Shown in pieces: positions 29,437 through 38,385 of a stretch of DNA of 64,000 nucleotides. The stretch comes from an uncultured Candidatus Saccharibacteria bacterium (GTDB lineage: Bacteria > Patescibacteriota > Minisyncoccia > UBA6257 > JAUSGH01): assembly GCA_964360025.1 (NCBI GenBank), contig CAYHUD010000001.1:3922-67921 (forward strand). The letters run 5' to 3'. The stretch's first letter is position 1. Every line of letters begins with the position of its first letter. A program made the position numbers and the translations under genes. The notes under the pieces were generated by a model, which saw nothing but the letters and a program-made list of their open reading frames with translations, was not told the DNA's origin and ran no database searches.

Positions 29437-30330
29437 ATGAAAAAAATACGCGTAGCAGTCCTCATGGGCGGCCCGTCCGCGGAGCACGAAATATCGCTCC
29501 GGACGGGCCGTATGGTTTTAGAACACCTTGATAAAAATAAATATCAGGCGCGAGGTATTGTTATTTCTGAATCCGGACATTGGCCGACCTCTATCGCCAG
29601 TATAAAAAGAAGCTTTGATCTGGCTTTCATCGCTATGCACGGAGAATATGGCGAGGACGGGCAGGTGCAGGAGCTATTGGAAAGGGCGGGTATTAAATTC
29701 ACGGGCTCCGGAGCCGCGGCAAGCAGACTGGGGATGGATAAAGCCGCCTCCGGCGCTTTATTTCAAAATGCGGGGCTAAAAATACCGCCACGAGCGGATA
29801 AAGTCCCTTTGGTTATCAAGCCATCCGATCGCGGATCAAGCGTAGGCGTGAGTATTGTAAAAAAGAATTACGAAATCGCTCCAGCCGTGCTTCTCGCGGC
29901 AAAATATTCCGCGAACATAATCTGTCAGAAATACATTCAGGGACGCGAGTTCACCTGTGGCATCTTGGAAACAAACAGCAAAGCAAAAGCTTTGCCGCCA
30001 ACGGAAATAATCCCTAAGACCAACTTTTTTGACTATAAAGCGAAGTATACCAGCGGAGCGTCGCGAGAAATAACGCCTCCGGAATTGTCCGTTTCTAAAA
30101 TTAAAGAAATTCAAAGAACCGCGCTTGCGGCGCATCGCGCCATCGGCGCGCGGGGACTATCACGGACCGATGTTATCATGGATAAAAAGGGCGTTTTTTA
30201 TGTATTGGAAATAAACACCCTGCCGGGACTGACAAAAACCAGCTTATTACCGCAAGAAGCGGCGGCTCTGGGCATAGAGTTCCCGCGTCTCTTGGAGATT
30301 ATTATTGAAAATGCTCTGCGTAGGGTATAG
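29437..30330 (+). CDS. ddl: D-alanine--D-alanine ligase
   Basis: N-terminal RVAVLMGGPSAEHEISL, ATP-grasp C-terminal half. Confidence 0.85.
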   Translation: MKKIRVAVLMGGPSAEHEISLRTGRMVLEHLDKNKYQARGIVISESGHWPTSIASIKRSFDLAFIAMHGEYGEDGQVQELLERAGIKFTGSGAAASRLGMDKAASGALFQNAGLKIPPRADKVPLVIKPSDRGSSVGVSIVKKNYEIAPAVLLAAKYSANIICQKYIQGREFTCGILETNSKAKALPPTEIIPKTNFFDYKAKYTSGASREITPPELSVSKIKEIQRTALAAHRAIGARGLSRTDVIMDKKGVFYVLEINTLPGLTKTSLLPQEAAALGIEFPRLLEIIIENALRRV

Positions 30331-30401
30331 AGACTAGGGTATAGCCAATAGGAAGATGCAGATACTAGCCACTAGGGTATGGGGTGTAGTAAAATAGGAG
30401 T

Positions 30402-30869
30402 ATGGAAATAAAATGGGAAGCTCCGGAGTTTGACGATCATAAAAGAGGGGCAATCTGGTACTATAGTGTCGTTGTGGTTTCTGTGGCATTAATTATGCTT
30501 TCCGCATGGCGAGGAAATTTTCTCTTTTCCATTTTTGTTATTATCGCCGCCGCGCTTATCATCGCCTGGAGTTTTGAAAAATCTCCCATCCATCTTTTCT
30601 CCGTATCTGAAAAAGAAATACACCTCGGCACGGCCAAAACATACCGCCTGTCGGAGCTGGAAAGCTTCTCTCTCGCCGGAGCTGGACAAGACGACGCAAA
30701 ATGGGGTAAATTAGTCCTGCGGCCAAAAGGACGTTTTCACATGGATATTATTCTCAATATACCGGGTGAAAACGTAGAAAGCGTGAGAAATCTGCTCGCA
30801 AAAATATTGCCGCAATTCGCGCACCAGGATTCTCTGATGGAGGAGATAATCAGGGCGTTAAGACTTTAA
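30402..30869 (+). CDS. hypothetical membrane protein (2 TM + soluble domain)
   Basis: ORF with hydrophobic N-terminus. Confidence 0.45.
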   Translation: MEIKWEAPEFDDHKRGAIWYYSVVVVSVALIMLSAWRGNFLFSIFVIIAAALIIAWSFEKSPIHLFSVSEKEIHLGTAKTYRLSELESFSLAGAGQDDAKWGKLVLRPKGRFHMDIILNIPGENVESVRNLLAKILPQFAHQDSLMEEIIRALRL

Positions 30870-30883
30870 AAAAGCCCTCATCG

Positions 30884-30955
30884 TTCAACGGATAGGACGC
30901 AAGATTGCGGATCTTGCAATTGAGGTTCGATTCCTCATGAGGGCACAATTCATAA
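30884..30955 (+). tRNA. tRNA-Arg (apparent anticodon GCG; loop TTGCGGA)
   Basis: acceptor GCCCTCA/TGAGGGC, T-arm TGAGG-TTCGATT-CCTCA; paralogous to tRNA-Arg at 42362. Confidence 0.65.
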
Positions 30956-30997
30956 CTTGGTCGGTATTTTGTTGATAAACGGGGTCCTACAGGCGCC

Positions 30998-33613
30998 ATG
31001 ATTCAGAAGAAGTTACAAAATGAAATACAAAGAAGCCCTTTTTGGGCATTATCCGTGTTCGAAGTTGTTAAGCTATTGCAAACGAACGGCCAAAACGGAA
31101 TTTCAAAGGAGGAAGCGGATGAGCGATTAAAAATTTTTGGTCTAAATGTTATAGAAAAATCGCGGCAAGCCCCTGGTTTTTTTATTCTTTTGGATCAATT
31201 TAAAAGTCCGCTGATCTTGATTTTATTGTTTGCGGGAATCGTGACGCTTTTTCTCGCTCATTACCGTGATGCATCTTTTATTTTTGCCGCTTTGATAGCC
31301 AATGCCACGCTAGGTTTTTATCAAGAATATAAGGCCGAGAGGGCTTTGGCGGAGCTTAAAACATATCTTAAACAGCGGTCACGAGTTATTCGCGGCGGTG
31401 TTGAGCGAGAAATAGATGCCGCAAATTTAGTGCCGGGAGATGTTATTCGTCTTACTCAAGGAGATCGTGTTCCTGCGGACGCACGGCTTCTCTACATCAA
31501 TGATTTCCAAATAGACGAGGCCATTCTTACCGGTGAGTCCTTGCCTGTATCAAAGCGGGTTGATCCGGTAAGTAGTGATGCCGTACTGGGTGATCAACTT
31601 TCCATGGTTTTTGCGGGGACGCTTGTCACTCAAGGTCTTGCCACTGCGCTGGTTTGCCGCACTGATTTTTCTACCGAACTGGGTAAAATTGCGTCCTTGG
31701 TCGCCGAGTCGCGCAGAGAAGAAACTCCTTTACAAGTAGCGATCAAGCGTTTCAGTATACAGGCCGGATTCTTTCTGGGGATCCTTACGTCGGCCATCTT
31801 TGTTATTGGCATTATTTTGGGATATTCGCGAGTAGAAATGTTTCTAACATCCGTGGCTATTGCCGTTGCGGCGGTTCCGGAGGGTCTGCCTATTGCGATG
31901 ACGGTGATTTTAGCAATAGGAGTCCAACGTATGGCAAAGCGCAAGGGTGTTATCAGAAAACTAGTCGCCGCCGAAGCACTCGGTAGCACCACCATAATTT
32001 TGACTGATAAAACGGGGACTTTGACGATGGCAAAAATGGAGCTAAGCAAAATTTTGCCGGCGCGAGACACAGAGGAGAATAAATTACTTGAACTGGCGCT
32101 TCTTAATACGAATGTCCTCATAGAAAACCGCGACAAAGAGCCATCAGAGTGGCGTATCAACGGTAAAGTAATTGAAGCGGCATTAGTGCGTTCTGCCGCG
32201 CTTCGGGGCGTCACGGCTGAAGAAGTAAAAAATAAGGTTTCAGTTTTGAATTCTTTACCGTTTAACGCGGTCAATAAATTTTCCGTCTCGCTCGTGCATG
32301 ATCACGGGAAACACCGGCTTATATTTCTTGGCGCGCCGGATATTTTTATCCGTCATTCCACGCTTAGTTCCGAAGAGCAAAAAGATGCCCTGGAAAGAAT
32401 TGATTCATTGGCCGAATCCGGCGAACTGGTTATTGGCGTGGCAACAAAGGAGATCAGCGTAAAAGAAGATTTTTCCTTTTCAAAAGATATGCAATTTAAT
32501 CATCTTTCTTTTGAGGGACTGATTACGCTGCATGACCCGGTACGGCCAAATATCAAGGAAGCAATTCGCAGAGTGGAATCGGCGGGAATAAAGACAGTAA
32601 TAATGACCGGCGACCATCGCGGCACGGCGACTGCTGTCGCCAGAGAAGTTGGTGTGATAATTGACGGTGGCAATGTTCTTGACGCCACAGAGCTCCGCAC
32701 ATTATCGGATGATGATTTAAAAAAACGGCTACCCGGGTTGCGCGTCATTTCACGCGTGTCTCCTCTTGATAAAATGAGGATTGTAAAGGCGTTTCAAGAG
32801 TTGGGAGAAGTGGTGGCAATGACCGGCGACGGGGTGAATGACGCGCCGAGCATCAAGCAGGCAAATATCGCCATCGCGATGGGTTCAGGAACTGAAGTTG
32901 CCCGAGATGTTGCGGACTTGGTGCTACTGGATGATAATTTTGAGACAATTGCCGCATCCGTGGAAGAGGGCCGCCAGATATTAAATAATATCCGCAAGGT
33001 GCTTGTATATCTTCTTTCTTCCGTGACAGACGAGCTCCTGTTAATCGGCGGGGCTCTCATGACCGGCTTAGCTTTGCCGCTTAACGCGCTTCAGATACTT
33101 TGGGTAAATTTTTTTACAGACAGCTTCCCAGCCGTCGCATTCGCATTTGAAAAAGACATTGACGGACTAGTCCGCCGTTCCCGAGGCGTTAAGTCCGGAC
33201 TATTTGATCCTTTGATGAAGTTCTTGATCTTGTTTGTCGGTCTTTCCACAAGCGCTCTTTTATTTATCTTATACTGGCTATTGTTGCGAACCGGTTTTCC
33301 GGAAGAAATTGTAAGAACATTTATTTTCGCCAGTTTCGGAAGTTATACGCTATTTTTAACGCTTTCCATCAGAAGTTTGGAGAAAAGTATTTTTGAATAC
33401 CCTCTATTTTCTAATCGTTACCTAGTCATGGGAATAGGTGTCGGAATTATCATGATGGGCGCGGCTATTTATATTCCCTTTTTACAAGCCTTGTTCGGTA
33501 CCGTTTCATTACCGTTCTACTGGATACTCGGCGTTGTATTGATCGGGATATTAAATATTGCCGCGGTAGAACTCGGGAAAATGATTTTTCGTCGCAGGCA
33601 GTCAATAGCTTGA
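30998..33613 (+). CDS. cation-transporting P-type ATPase (type II, Ca2+/Mg2+-like)
   Basis: TGES, DKTGTLT phosphorylation site, MTGDGVNDAPSIKQANIAIAMG hinge; 10 TM. Confidence 0.9.
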   Translation: MIQKKLQNEIQRSPFWALSVFEVVKLLQTNGQNGISKEEADERLKIFGLNVIEKSRQAPGFFILLDQFKSPLILILLFAGIVTLFLAHYRDASFIFAALIANATLGFYQEYKAERALAELKTYLKQRSRVIRGGVEREIDAANLVPGDVIRLTQGDRVPADARLLYINDFQIDEAILTGESLPVSKRVDPVSSDAVLGDQLSMVFAGTLVTQGLATALVCRTDFSTELGKIASLVAESRREETPLQVAIKRFSIQAGFFLGILTSAIFVIGIILGYSRVEMFLTSVAIAVAAVPEGLPIAMTVILAIGVQRMAKRKGVIRKLVAAEALGSTTIILTDKTGTLTMAKMELSKILPARDTEENKLLELALLNTNVLIENRDKEPSEWRINGKVIEAALVRSAALRGVTAEEVKNKVSVLNSLPFNAVNKFSVSLVHDHGKHRLIFLGAPDIFIRHSTLSSEEQKDALERIDSLAESGELVIGVATKEISVKEDFSFSKDMQFNHLSFEGLITLHDPVRPNIKEAIRRVESAGIKTVIMTGDHRGTATAVAREVGVIIDGGNVLDATELRTLSDDDLKKRLPGLRVISRVSPLDKMRIVKAFQELGEVVAMTGDGVNDAPSIKQANIAIAMGSGTEVARDVADLVLLDDNFETIAASVEEGRQILNNIRKVLVYLLSSVTDELLLIGGALMTGLALPLNALQILWVNFFTDSFPAVAFAFEKDIDGLVRRSRGVKSGLFDPLMKFLILFVGLSTSALLFILYWLLLRTGFPEEIVRTFIFASFGSYTLFLTLSIRSLEKSIFEYPLFSNRYLVMGIGVGIIMMGAAIYIPFLQALFGTVSLPFYWILGVVLIGILNIAAVELGKMIFRRRQSIA

Positions 33614-33645
33614 GGTGAATATTTAAGCTAAACTCCGAACAAAAA

Positions 33646-33672
33646 ACGGCCGAGTAGCCGTATTTTCGGTTT
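33646..33672 (+). terminator. rho-independent terminator (acggccgagtagccgtattttcggttt)
   Basis: hairpin + T-rich tail after ATPase stop. Confidence 0.55.
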
Positions 33673-33729
33673 GCAATACTTAATCCTTTATTGCTAATAT
33701 GCTTTATGTTCTTTAACGGAGGTGTGGCG

Positions 33730-34134
33730 ATGAAATACCGAGACAACTCCCGATTGGATCTGGCAAATCAAGCAAGGGCTCTTTGGCATAAAGTAATGAA
33801 TGAGTCATATACGGCAAAAGAGGTCTGTAAAATGCTTCGGATTTCCCGGAAGCGCTTGGCGTGTCTGCGGCAAAATCACTTTTTGCTTTTTGATAAAAGA
33901 AATGATGACCGAGGGTTGCGATATCCCAAATTCCAATTTGAACGCAAAATCCGACCTTACCTTTGGCGAGTCCTATACTATCTCGGCCGAAATACGCTAG
34001 ACGGGTATCTTGACACGCTTCATTATCGGAAAGCCGATGCTGTCGGCACAAGCTATATGGACTTAATTCTCGCCGGAAAAGGCGAACGGGCAATAGCCCA
34101 AGCCAGATCCGTCAGGGAATATAATAGGAAATGA
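33730..34134 (+). CDS. hypothetical small protein with putative HTH (AKEVCKMLRISRKRLACLRQ)
   Basis: GGAGG RBS before ATG 33730. Confidence 0.45.
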   Translation: MKYRDNSRLDLANQARALWHKVMNESYTAKEVCKMLRISRKRLACLRQNHFLLFDKRNDDRGLRYPKFQFERKIRPYLWRVLYYLGRNTLDGYLDTLHYRKADAVGTSYMDLILAGKGERAIAQARSVREYNRK

Positions 34135-34169
34135 AGACCGGCCCCTTTCGGGGGCACGGTCTTTTTTCT

Positions 34170-34670
34170 TTAGAGCACTACGATCTCCGCAGTGCGCTTG
34201 CCGAACTTCAAGGCAGTGGAACGGTCAGCAAACCAGATATCCATACGATCACTGAAACGCCTATTCATGCGGTCTTTTACCACAAACACCTTATCACCGA
34301 AAAGCTTCGGTATCTGGACTTTGGTGTTAAACGGCAAGAAATTCGCGGCGACAATACCATCCTCCACATGCGCTCCGGAAGCGGTGATAAACGGCGTATC
34401 GTCGGTCTGATCGGGCGTGGAAGAATAACCGGTAATTACAACTACCATTTTCTTCTTAACCCTTTCACCTCCCGAAATATCCACTAAAGATGTCTCTGCA
34501 ATAGCGGACTCCAGGTCGTGAGCCACAGCGGGAGCCGTAATAGGCATAACAGAGGCGGAGGCAATATTAAACGCCAAAAGCAAAGCAAAGCCATTGAAAT
34601 AGTGATTTTTAGCGTATTCCCGCAAAGCTTTGATAGCGCGGAAAACCAGGTTTTTAGCTTGTTTTTTCAT
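34170..34670 (-). CDS. secreted 3D-domain (MltA-like) protein
   Basis: signal peptide; C-terminal 3D-like region DDTPFITASG...DRMDIWF. Confidence 0.5.
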   Translation of the reverse strand: MKKQAKNLVFRAIKALREYAKNHYFNGFALLLAFNIASASVMPITAPAVAHDLESAIAETSLVDISGGERVKKKMVVVITGYSSTPDQTDDTPFITASGAHVEDGIVAANFLPFNTKVQIPKLFGDKVFVVKDRMNRRFSDRMDIWFADRSTALKFGKRTAEIVVL

Positions 34671-34719
34671 ATTATTGGCAATATTAAAACCCCTTACGGG
34701 GTCTTAACATTGTTAGGTG

Positions 34720-34748
34720 TTATTATAGCACACTATCTACCCGCTTGT
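34720..34748 (-). promoter_or_regulatory. sigma70-type promoter on minus strand (TTGACA-N17-TATAAT) for 34170-34670; spacer contains family B half-site 'cactatct'
   Basis: reverse complement of 34715-34752 reads ttgacaagcgggtagatagtgtgctataat. Confidence 0.45.
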
Positions 34749-34769
34749 CAAGCTAGCCGATTCGTGGCT

Positions 34770-35477
34770 TTATAGGGTCTTCGTCGGGGGCTCGGTATCG
34801 TATTTTTTCAATATTTCAAAGTCGTTAAGCAGGAAAAAGGCGGCTGCCACAAGCAGGGCAGTGGCCACAAGCGACTCCGGACCGTAGACGATAATAAGAT
34901 GGTTGAAGATGGCATGGAGAAGCGTAGCAACTCCAATGCCCTCAATGATCATCAGTTTAAAACCGCTCTTTTGAAGCATTGCCAGACCCCAATAATAGCC
35001 GACGAAGGCGGAGCTGACGCTGTGAAGCAGGGTGGCGCCGATAAATCTTAAAGAAAGCAAAGAGATACCCATAGCCGAAATCGTGCTTCCGTTTTCACCG
35101 TTTAAAATAGACGCGACATTCTCCACAGCGGCGAAACCCAGGGCAACGACGATCATATAGATCATGGCATCCAGCGGCTCATCAAAATCACGGGTGCGTG
35201 AGACCAGAAAATAAACAGCTAAGAATTTAAAGACTTCTTCCACTAAACTTAAGACAAAAAGCGGAACAAAACCATACTGCGTAGTGCCAAAGTCGGCAAA
35301 AAAATTACTAAGAAACATTTGCGGCCCCAAAACAAAAAAAGTAACCAGCGCTCCGGCGATGAAAGTATAGATAATCAGACTTTTCGGCTCCGGGTGCGCC
35401 TCATCTTCACGGATAAAAAAGTATAGCCAGATGAAGCTGGGAATGAAACCTAACAAAAGGGCGGGGATTAATGACAT
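34770..35477 (-). CDS. PrsW-family intramembrane protease-like protein
   Basis: multi-TM; EExxK (VEEVFKF) and His-containing TM motifs. Confidence 0.45.
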   Translation of the reverse strand: MSLIPALLLGFIPSFIWLYFFIREDEAHPEPKSLIIYTFIAGALVTFFVLGPQMFLSNFFADFGTTQYGFVPLFVLSLVEEVFKFLAVYFLVSRTRDFDEPLDAMIYMIVVALGFAAVENVASILNGENGSTISAMGISLLSLRFIGATLLHSVSSAFVGYYWGLAMLQKSGFKLMIIEGIGVATLLHAIFNHLIIVYGPESLVATALLVAAAFFLLNDFEILKKYDTEPPTKTL

Positions 35478-35532
35478 CTGACTTAATTATAGACCTGGTG
35501 ATAAAACACGGCAAACAAATATCTGGCGCGCA

Positions 35533-35671
35533 GATAAACTATCTTTCGGACACGGCGTTCTTCGCCCCGGCCGGCGAAGCCGCCTCGCTCTCGGCGAACT
35601 ATCGCTCGAAACTAAAACGAGCGAACCGTGCTAGCTCGCCTTCGAGATGTTCCTTAAGATAGTTTATCCTC
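35533..35671. repeat. inverted-repeat-bounded element (gataaactatct ... agatagtttatc, ~115 bp internal with nested hairpins)
   Basis: 12-bp perfect terminal inverted repeats; shares ACTATCT/AGATAGT core with family B. Confidence 0.5.
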
Positions 35672-35697
35672 GCGCTCGTGGTTCACCCCCACACAAA

Positions 35698-37920
35698 CTA
35701 CCACTTCTCAACAATCAGCCAGGACTTATTTTCCACGGGAAGTTTCTGATAAATTTCTTCGGTCAAATGAGGCATAAAGAGGTGTAGGATCTTTAATGAC
35801 TCAAGGAGAATATAGCCCAGAACGGCATTCGTATTTTCATCAATCTGCTTTTTGGACTCCTCAAGATAGATATCGCAGAAATCATGCCAGAAAAAATCAT
35901 AAACCTCATGGAGCGCCGCACCCATATTATATTTTTTAATGCCGGCCTCCACGGATTTTTTGACTGATTTGAGTCGCGCGATGATTTTTTTATCAGCGGC
36001 GGTTTTTGGCTTTACGCTTTGCTCTTTGCCCTTTGCGCTTCGCGCCAGAACAAACCGCGCCGCATTCCAAATTTTATTGGCGAACTTTTTACCGGCCATA
36101 ACTGCCGCCTCATCCCAACGGACGTCCTGTCCGCCCATCGCCTGCCAGATGATGCCAAACCTAGTGGCATCGGCGCCGTATTTTGAAACGAGCTCAAGAG
36201 GATCCACGCCCGTGCCCAGTGACTTAGACATTCTCCGGCCATCTTTTGCGAGCACGGTCGCGTGAATGAGCGCCGTCTTAAAAGGCGTTTTCCCACCCAT
36301 AAATTCCAGGCCGGAAAAAATCATGCGACCAACCCAGAGATTGATAATATCACGGGCGGTAATCAGGACATCTGAGGGATAAAATAATTGCAAATCGGTT
36401 TGAGAAAGTCCTGCAAACGGCCACAAAGCTGAAGAGAACCATGTATCCAGGACATCCTCTGACTGAACAAACTCCGCATCGCAAAATTCGCACCCAGGTT
36501 TTGCAAGAGATACAATCATATCTTTGCACTTTACTATTTCGTCTTCGTGGCCGGACTTGGGCACGCACTTCGGCTCGTGGAACCAAACAGGAAGACGATG
36601 CCCCCACCAAATCTGGCGGGAAATGCACCAGTCCTTAATATTTTTTAGCCAGTCAAAAAACGGTTTTTCAAAATTTTTGGGAACAATCTTTGTTTTACCG
36701 GATTTAACAGTTTTTGCCGTCGCTTTTGCCAGTTTATCCATATCCATAAACCATTGATTGGAAAGAATAGGTTCCAGAGTGCTGTCACAACGGTAGCACT
36801 TTGCCACATTGTGTTTGTAGTCCTCTATTTTTTCCATTAAGTTTTGGCTCTCCAGCTCCGCTATGACTTTCTCGCGACATTCGGAAATTTTCAAGCCATC
36901 GCACACCGCTCCGACATTTTTCATACGGCCGCGTTCGCTGATAATTTCATAACTCGGCAAATCATGGCGTCCGGCAATTTCGTTATCCAGCAAATCATGC
37001 GCCGGAGTTACTTTTACCATTCCGGTGCCAAAGGTTATATCAATAGCATCGTCGCCAATTATGGGAATCTCCCGATTAACTATCGGCAAGACAGCTTTTT
37101 TTCCGATCAAATTTTTATACCGCTTATCTTTTGGGTTCACTGCCACAGCCGCATCGCCCAACATTGTTTCCGGGCGGGTAGTCGCGACAACGATAAAATC
37201 TTTAGTATTGTCATTCTGAGGCGAAGCCGAAGAATCTTTTTGAGATCCTTCGGGTGCACTCAGGATGACAGAATCTGGAGTAGTACTTAAGAGGGGATAT
37301 TTAATAAAATAAAGCTTGCCCGTCTCTTCTTTGTGTTCAATTTCCAGATCGGAAAGAGAAGTGCCGCAACGAACGCACCACGAAACCATTCTTTTGCCGC
37401 GATAAATGAAACCTTTTTCGTAATAATGCACGAATACCTTAAGCACTTCCTCGCTATAAGACGGGTCCATGGTAAAACGCGTACGGCTCCAGTCGGCAGA
37501 AGCCCCGAGGCGTTTTAGCTGGTCAAGAATGATATTGCCGTATTTGGCTTTCCATTCCCAAACTTTTTCCACAAACTTCTCGCGGCCGAGATCAAAGCGA
37601 CTGATATTTTCTTTACGCAAGTTTTTTTCCACCACATTTTGCGCGGCGATACCGGCATGGTCTATGCCCGGGAGCCAGGCGGTTTTAAAACCCTTCATCC
37701 GATGATAACGAATCAAAATATCCGTCGTTGTGGCATTTAAGGCGTGACCCATGTGCAATGACCCTGTTATATTCGGCGGCGGAAGGAGGACGGTGTAGGA
37801 TTTTTTACCTTTTCCCGGAGCAAAAAAACCGCGCGAGAGCCACTCTCCGTAAATGCGGGTTTCCACTGACTTGGGATCGTAAGCTGATGACGCTTCCTGC
37901 TTTTTATTTAGGTCTTCCAT
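35698..37920 (-). CDS. valS: valyl-tRNA synthetase (compact form)
   Basis: HIGH (PPNITGSLHMGHAL), TTRPETMLGD, KMSKS (RMSKSLGT). Confidence 0.9.
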   Translation of the reverse strand: MEDLNKKQEASSAYDPKSVETRIYGEWLSRGFFAPGKGKKSYTVLLPPPNITGSLHMGHALNATTTDILIRYHRMKGFKTAWLPGIDHAGIAAQNVVEKNLRKENISRFDLGREKFVEKVWEWKAKYGNIILDQLKRLGASADWSRTRFTMDPSYSEEVLKVFVHYYEKGFIYRGKRMVSWCVRCGTSLSDLEIEHKEETGKLYFIKYPLLSTTPDSVILSAPEGSQKDSSASPQNDNTKDFIVVATTRPETMLGDAAVAVNPKDKRYKNLIGKKAVLPIVNREIPIIGDDAIDITFGTGMVKVTPAHDLLDNEIAGRHDLPSYEIISERGRMKNVGAVCDGLKISECREKVIAELESQNLMEKIEDYKHNVAKCYRCDSTLEPILSNQWFMDMDKLAKATAKTVKSGKTKIVPKNFEKPFFDWLKNIKDWCISRQIWWGHRLPVWFHEPKCVPKSGHEDEIVKCKDMIVSLAKPGCEFCDAEFVQSEDVLDTWFSSALWPFAGLSQTDLQLFYPSDVLITARDIINLWVGRMIFSGLEFMGGKTPFKTALIHATVLAKDGRRMSKSLGTGVDPLELVSKYGADATRFGIIWQAMGGQDVRWDEAAVMAGKKFANKIWNAARFVLARSAKGKEQSVKPKTAADKKIIARLKSVKKSVEAGIKKYNMGAALHEVYDFFWHDFCDIYLEESKKQIDENTNAVLGYILLESLKILHLFMPHLTEEIYQKLPVENKSWLIVEKW
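37208..37270. repeat. family A palindromic element inserted in frame within valS (tgtcattctgaggcgaagccgaagaatctttttgagatccttcgggtgcactcaggatgaca)
   Basis: encodes ValRS segment ...ILSAPEGSQKDSSASPQNDNT... Confidence 0.75.
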
Positions 37921-37957
37921 GGGATTATTTAATCATAAAAACTGGCTTTTTTATAGA

Positions 37958-37986
37958 TTGACAGGAGTCTTTCTGTATGGTATAAT
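37958..37986 (+). promoter_or_regulatory. sigma70-type promoter TTGACA-N17-TATAAT
   Basis: perfect hexamers upstream of ORF 38057. Confidence 0.5.
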
Positions 37987-38056
37987 GTTGAGGTTCTTTG
38001 CTGGGGAAGATAAAAATCGTGGGGTTGAATGGTAGATACAAGAATAAGGAGGCGAA

Positions 38057-38332
38057 ATGATACCAGGAATGAAGCTGACGGCGGCGGAAGAAGACCAACT
38101 TCTTTGCGCCTTTGCGAGTCTGGGACAGGAACTCGCGGAAAGATGCGAAGAGGAAATACTCCGCGAGTTGGAACAAACGAAAGAGGAGCTGGAGGCACAA
38201 GAAGGTGTCCTCTTCGCGCAAAGGTGCGCGAGCCAGATCATCGAGGGAGTTTTATGCGCGCAAAAGTGCGCGGACGAAATCGTCGAAAAGGCACCCGCGC
38301 CGCGCGGGGAAGCAACTGAACATGGGGTATAG
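38057..38332 (+). CDS. small acidic Cys-containing hypothetical protein (91 aa)
   Basis: AGGAGG RBS; perfect promoter upstream. Confidence 0.5.
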   Translation: MIPGMKLTAAEEDQLLCAFASLGQELAERCEEEILRELEQTKEELEAQEGVLFAQRCASQIIEGVLCAQKCADEIVEKAPAPRGEATEHGV

Positions 38333-38385
38333 TCACGGAGCGGATCAGGGATGACCCGCTCTTTCTTTTTTTAAAGCGTCAAATT

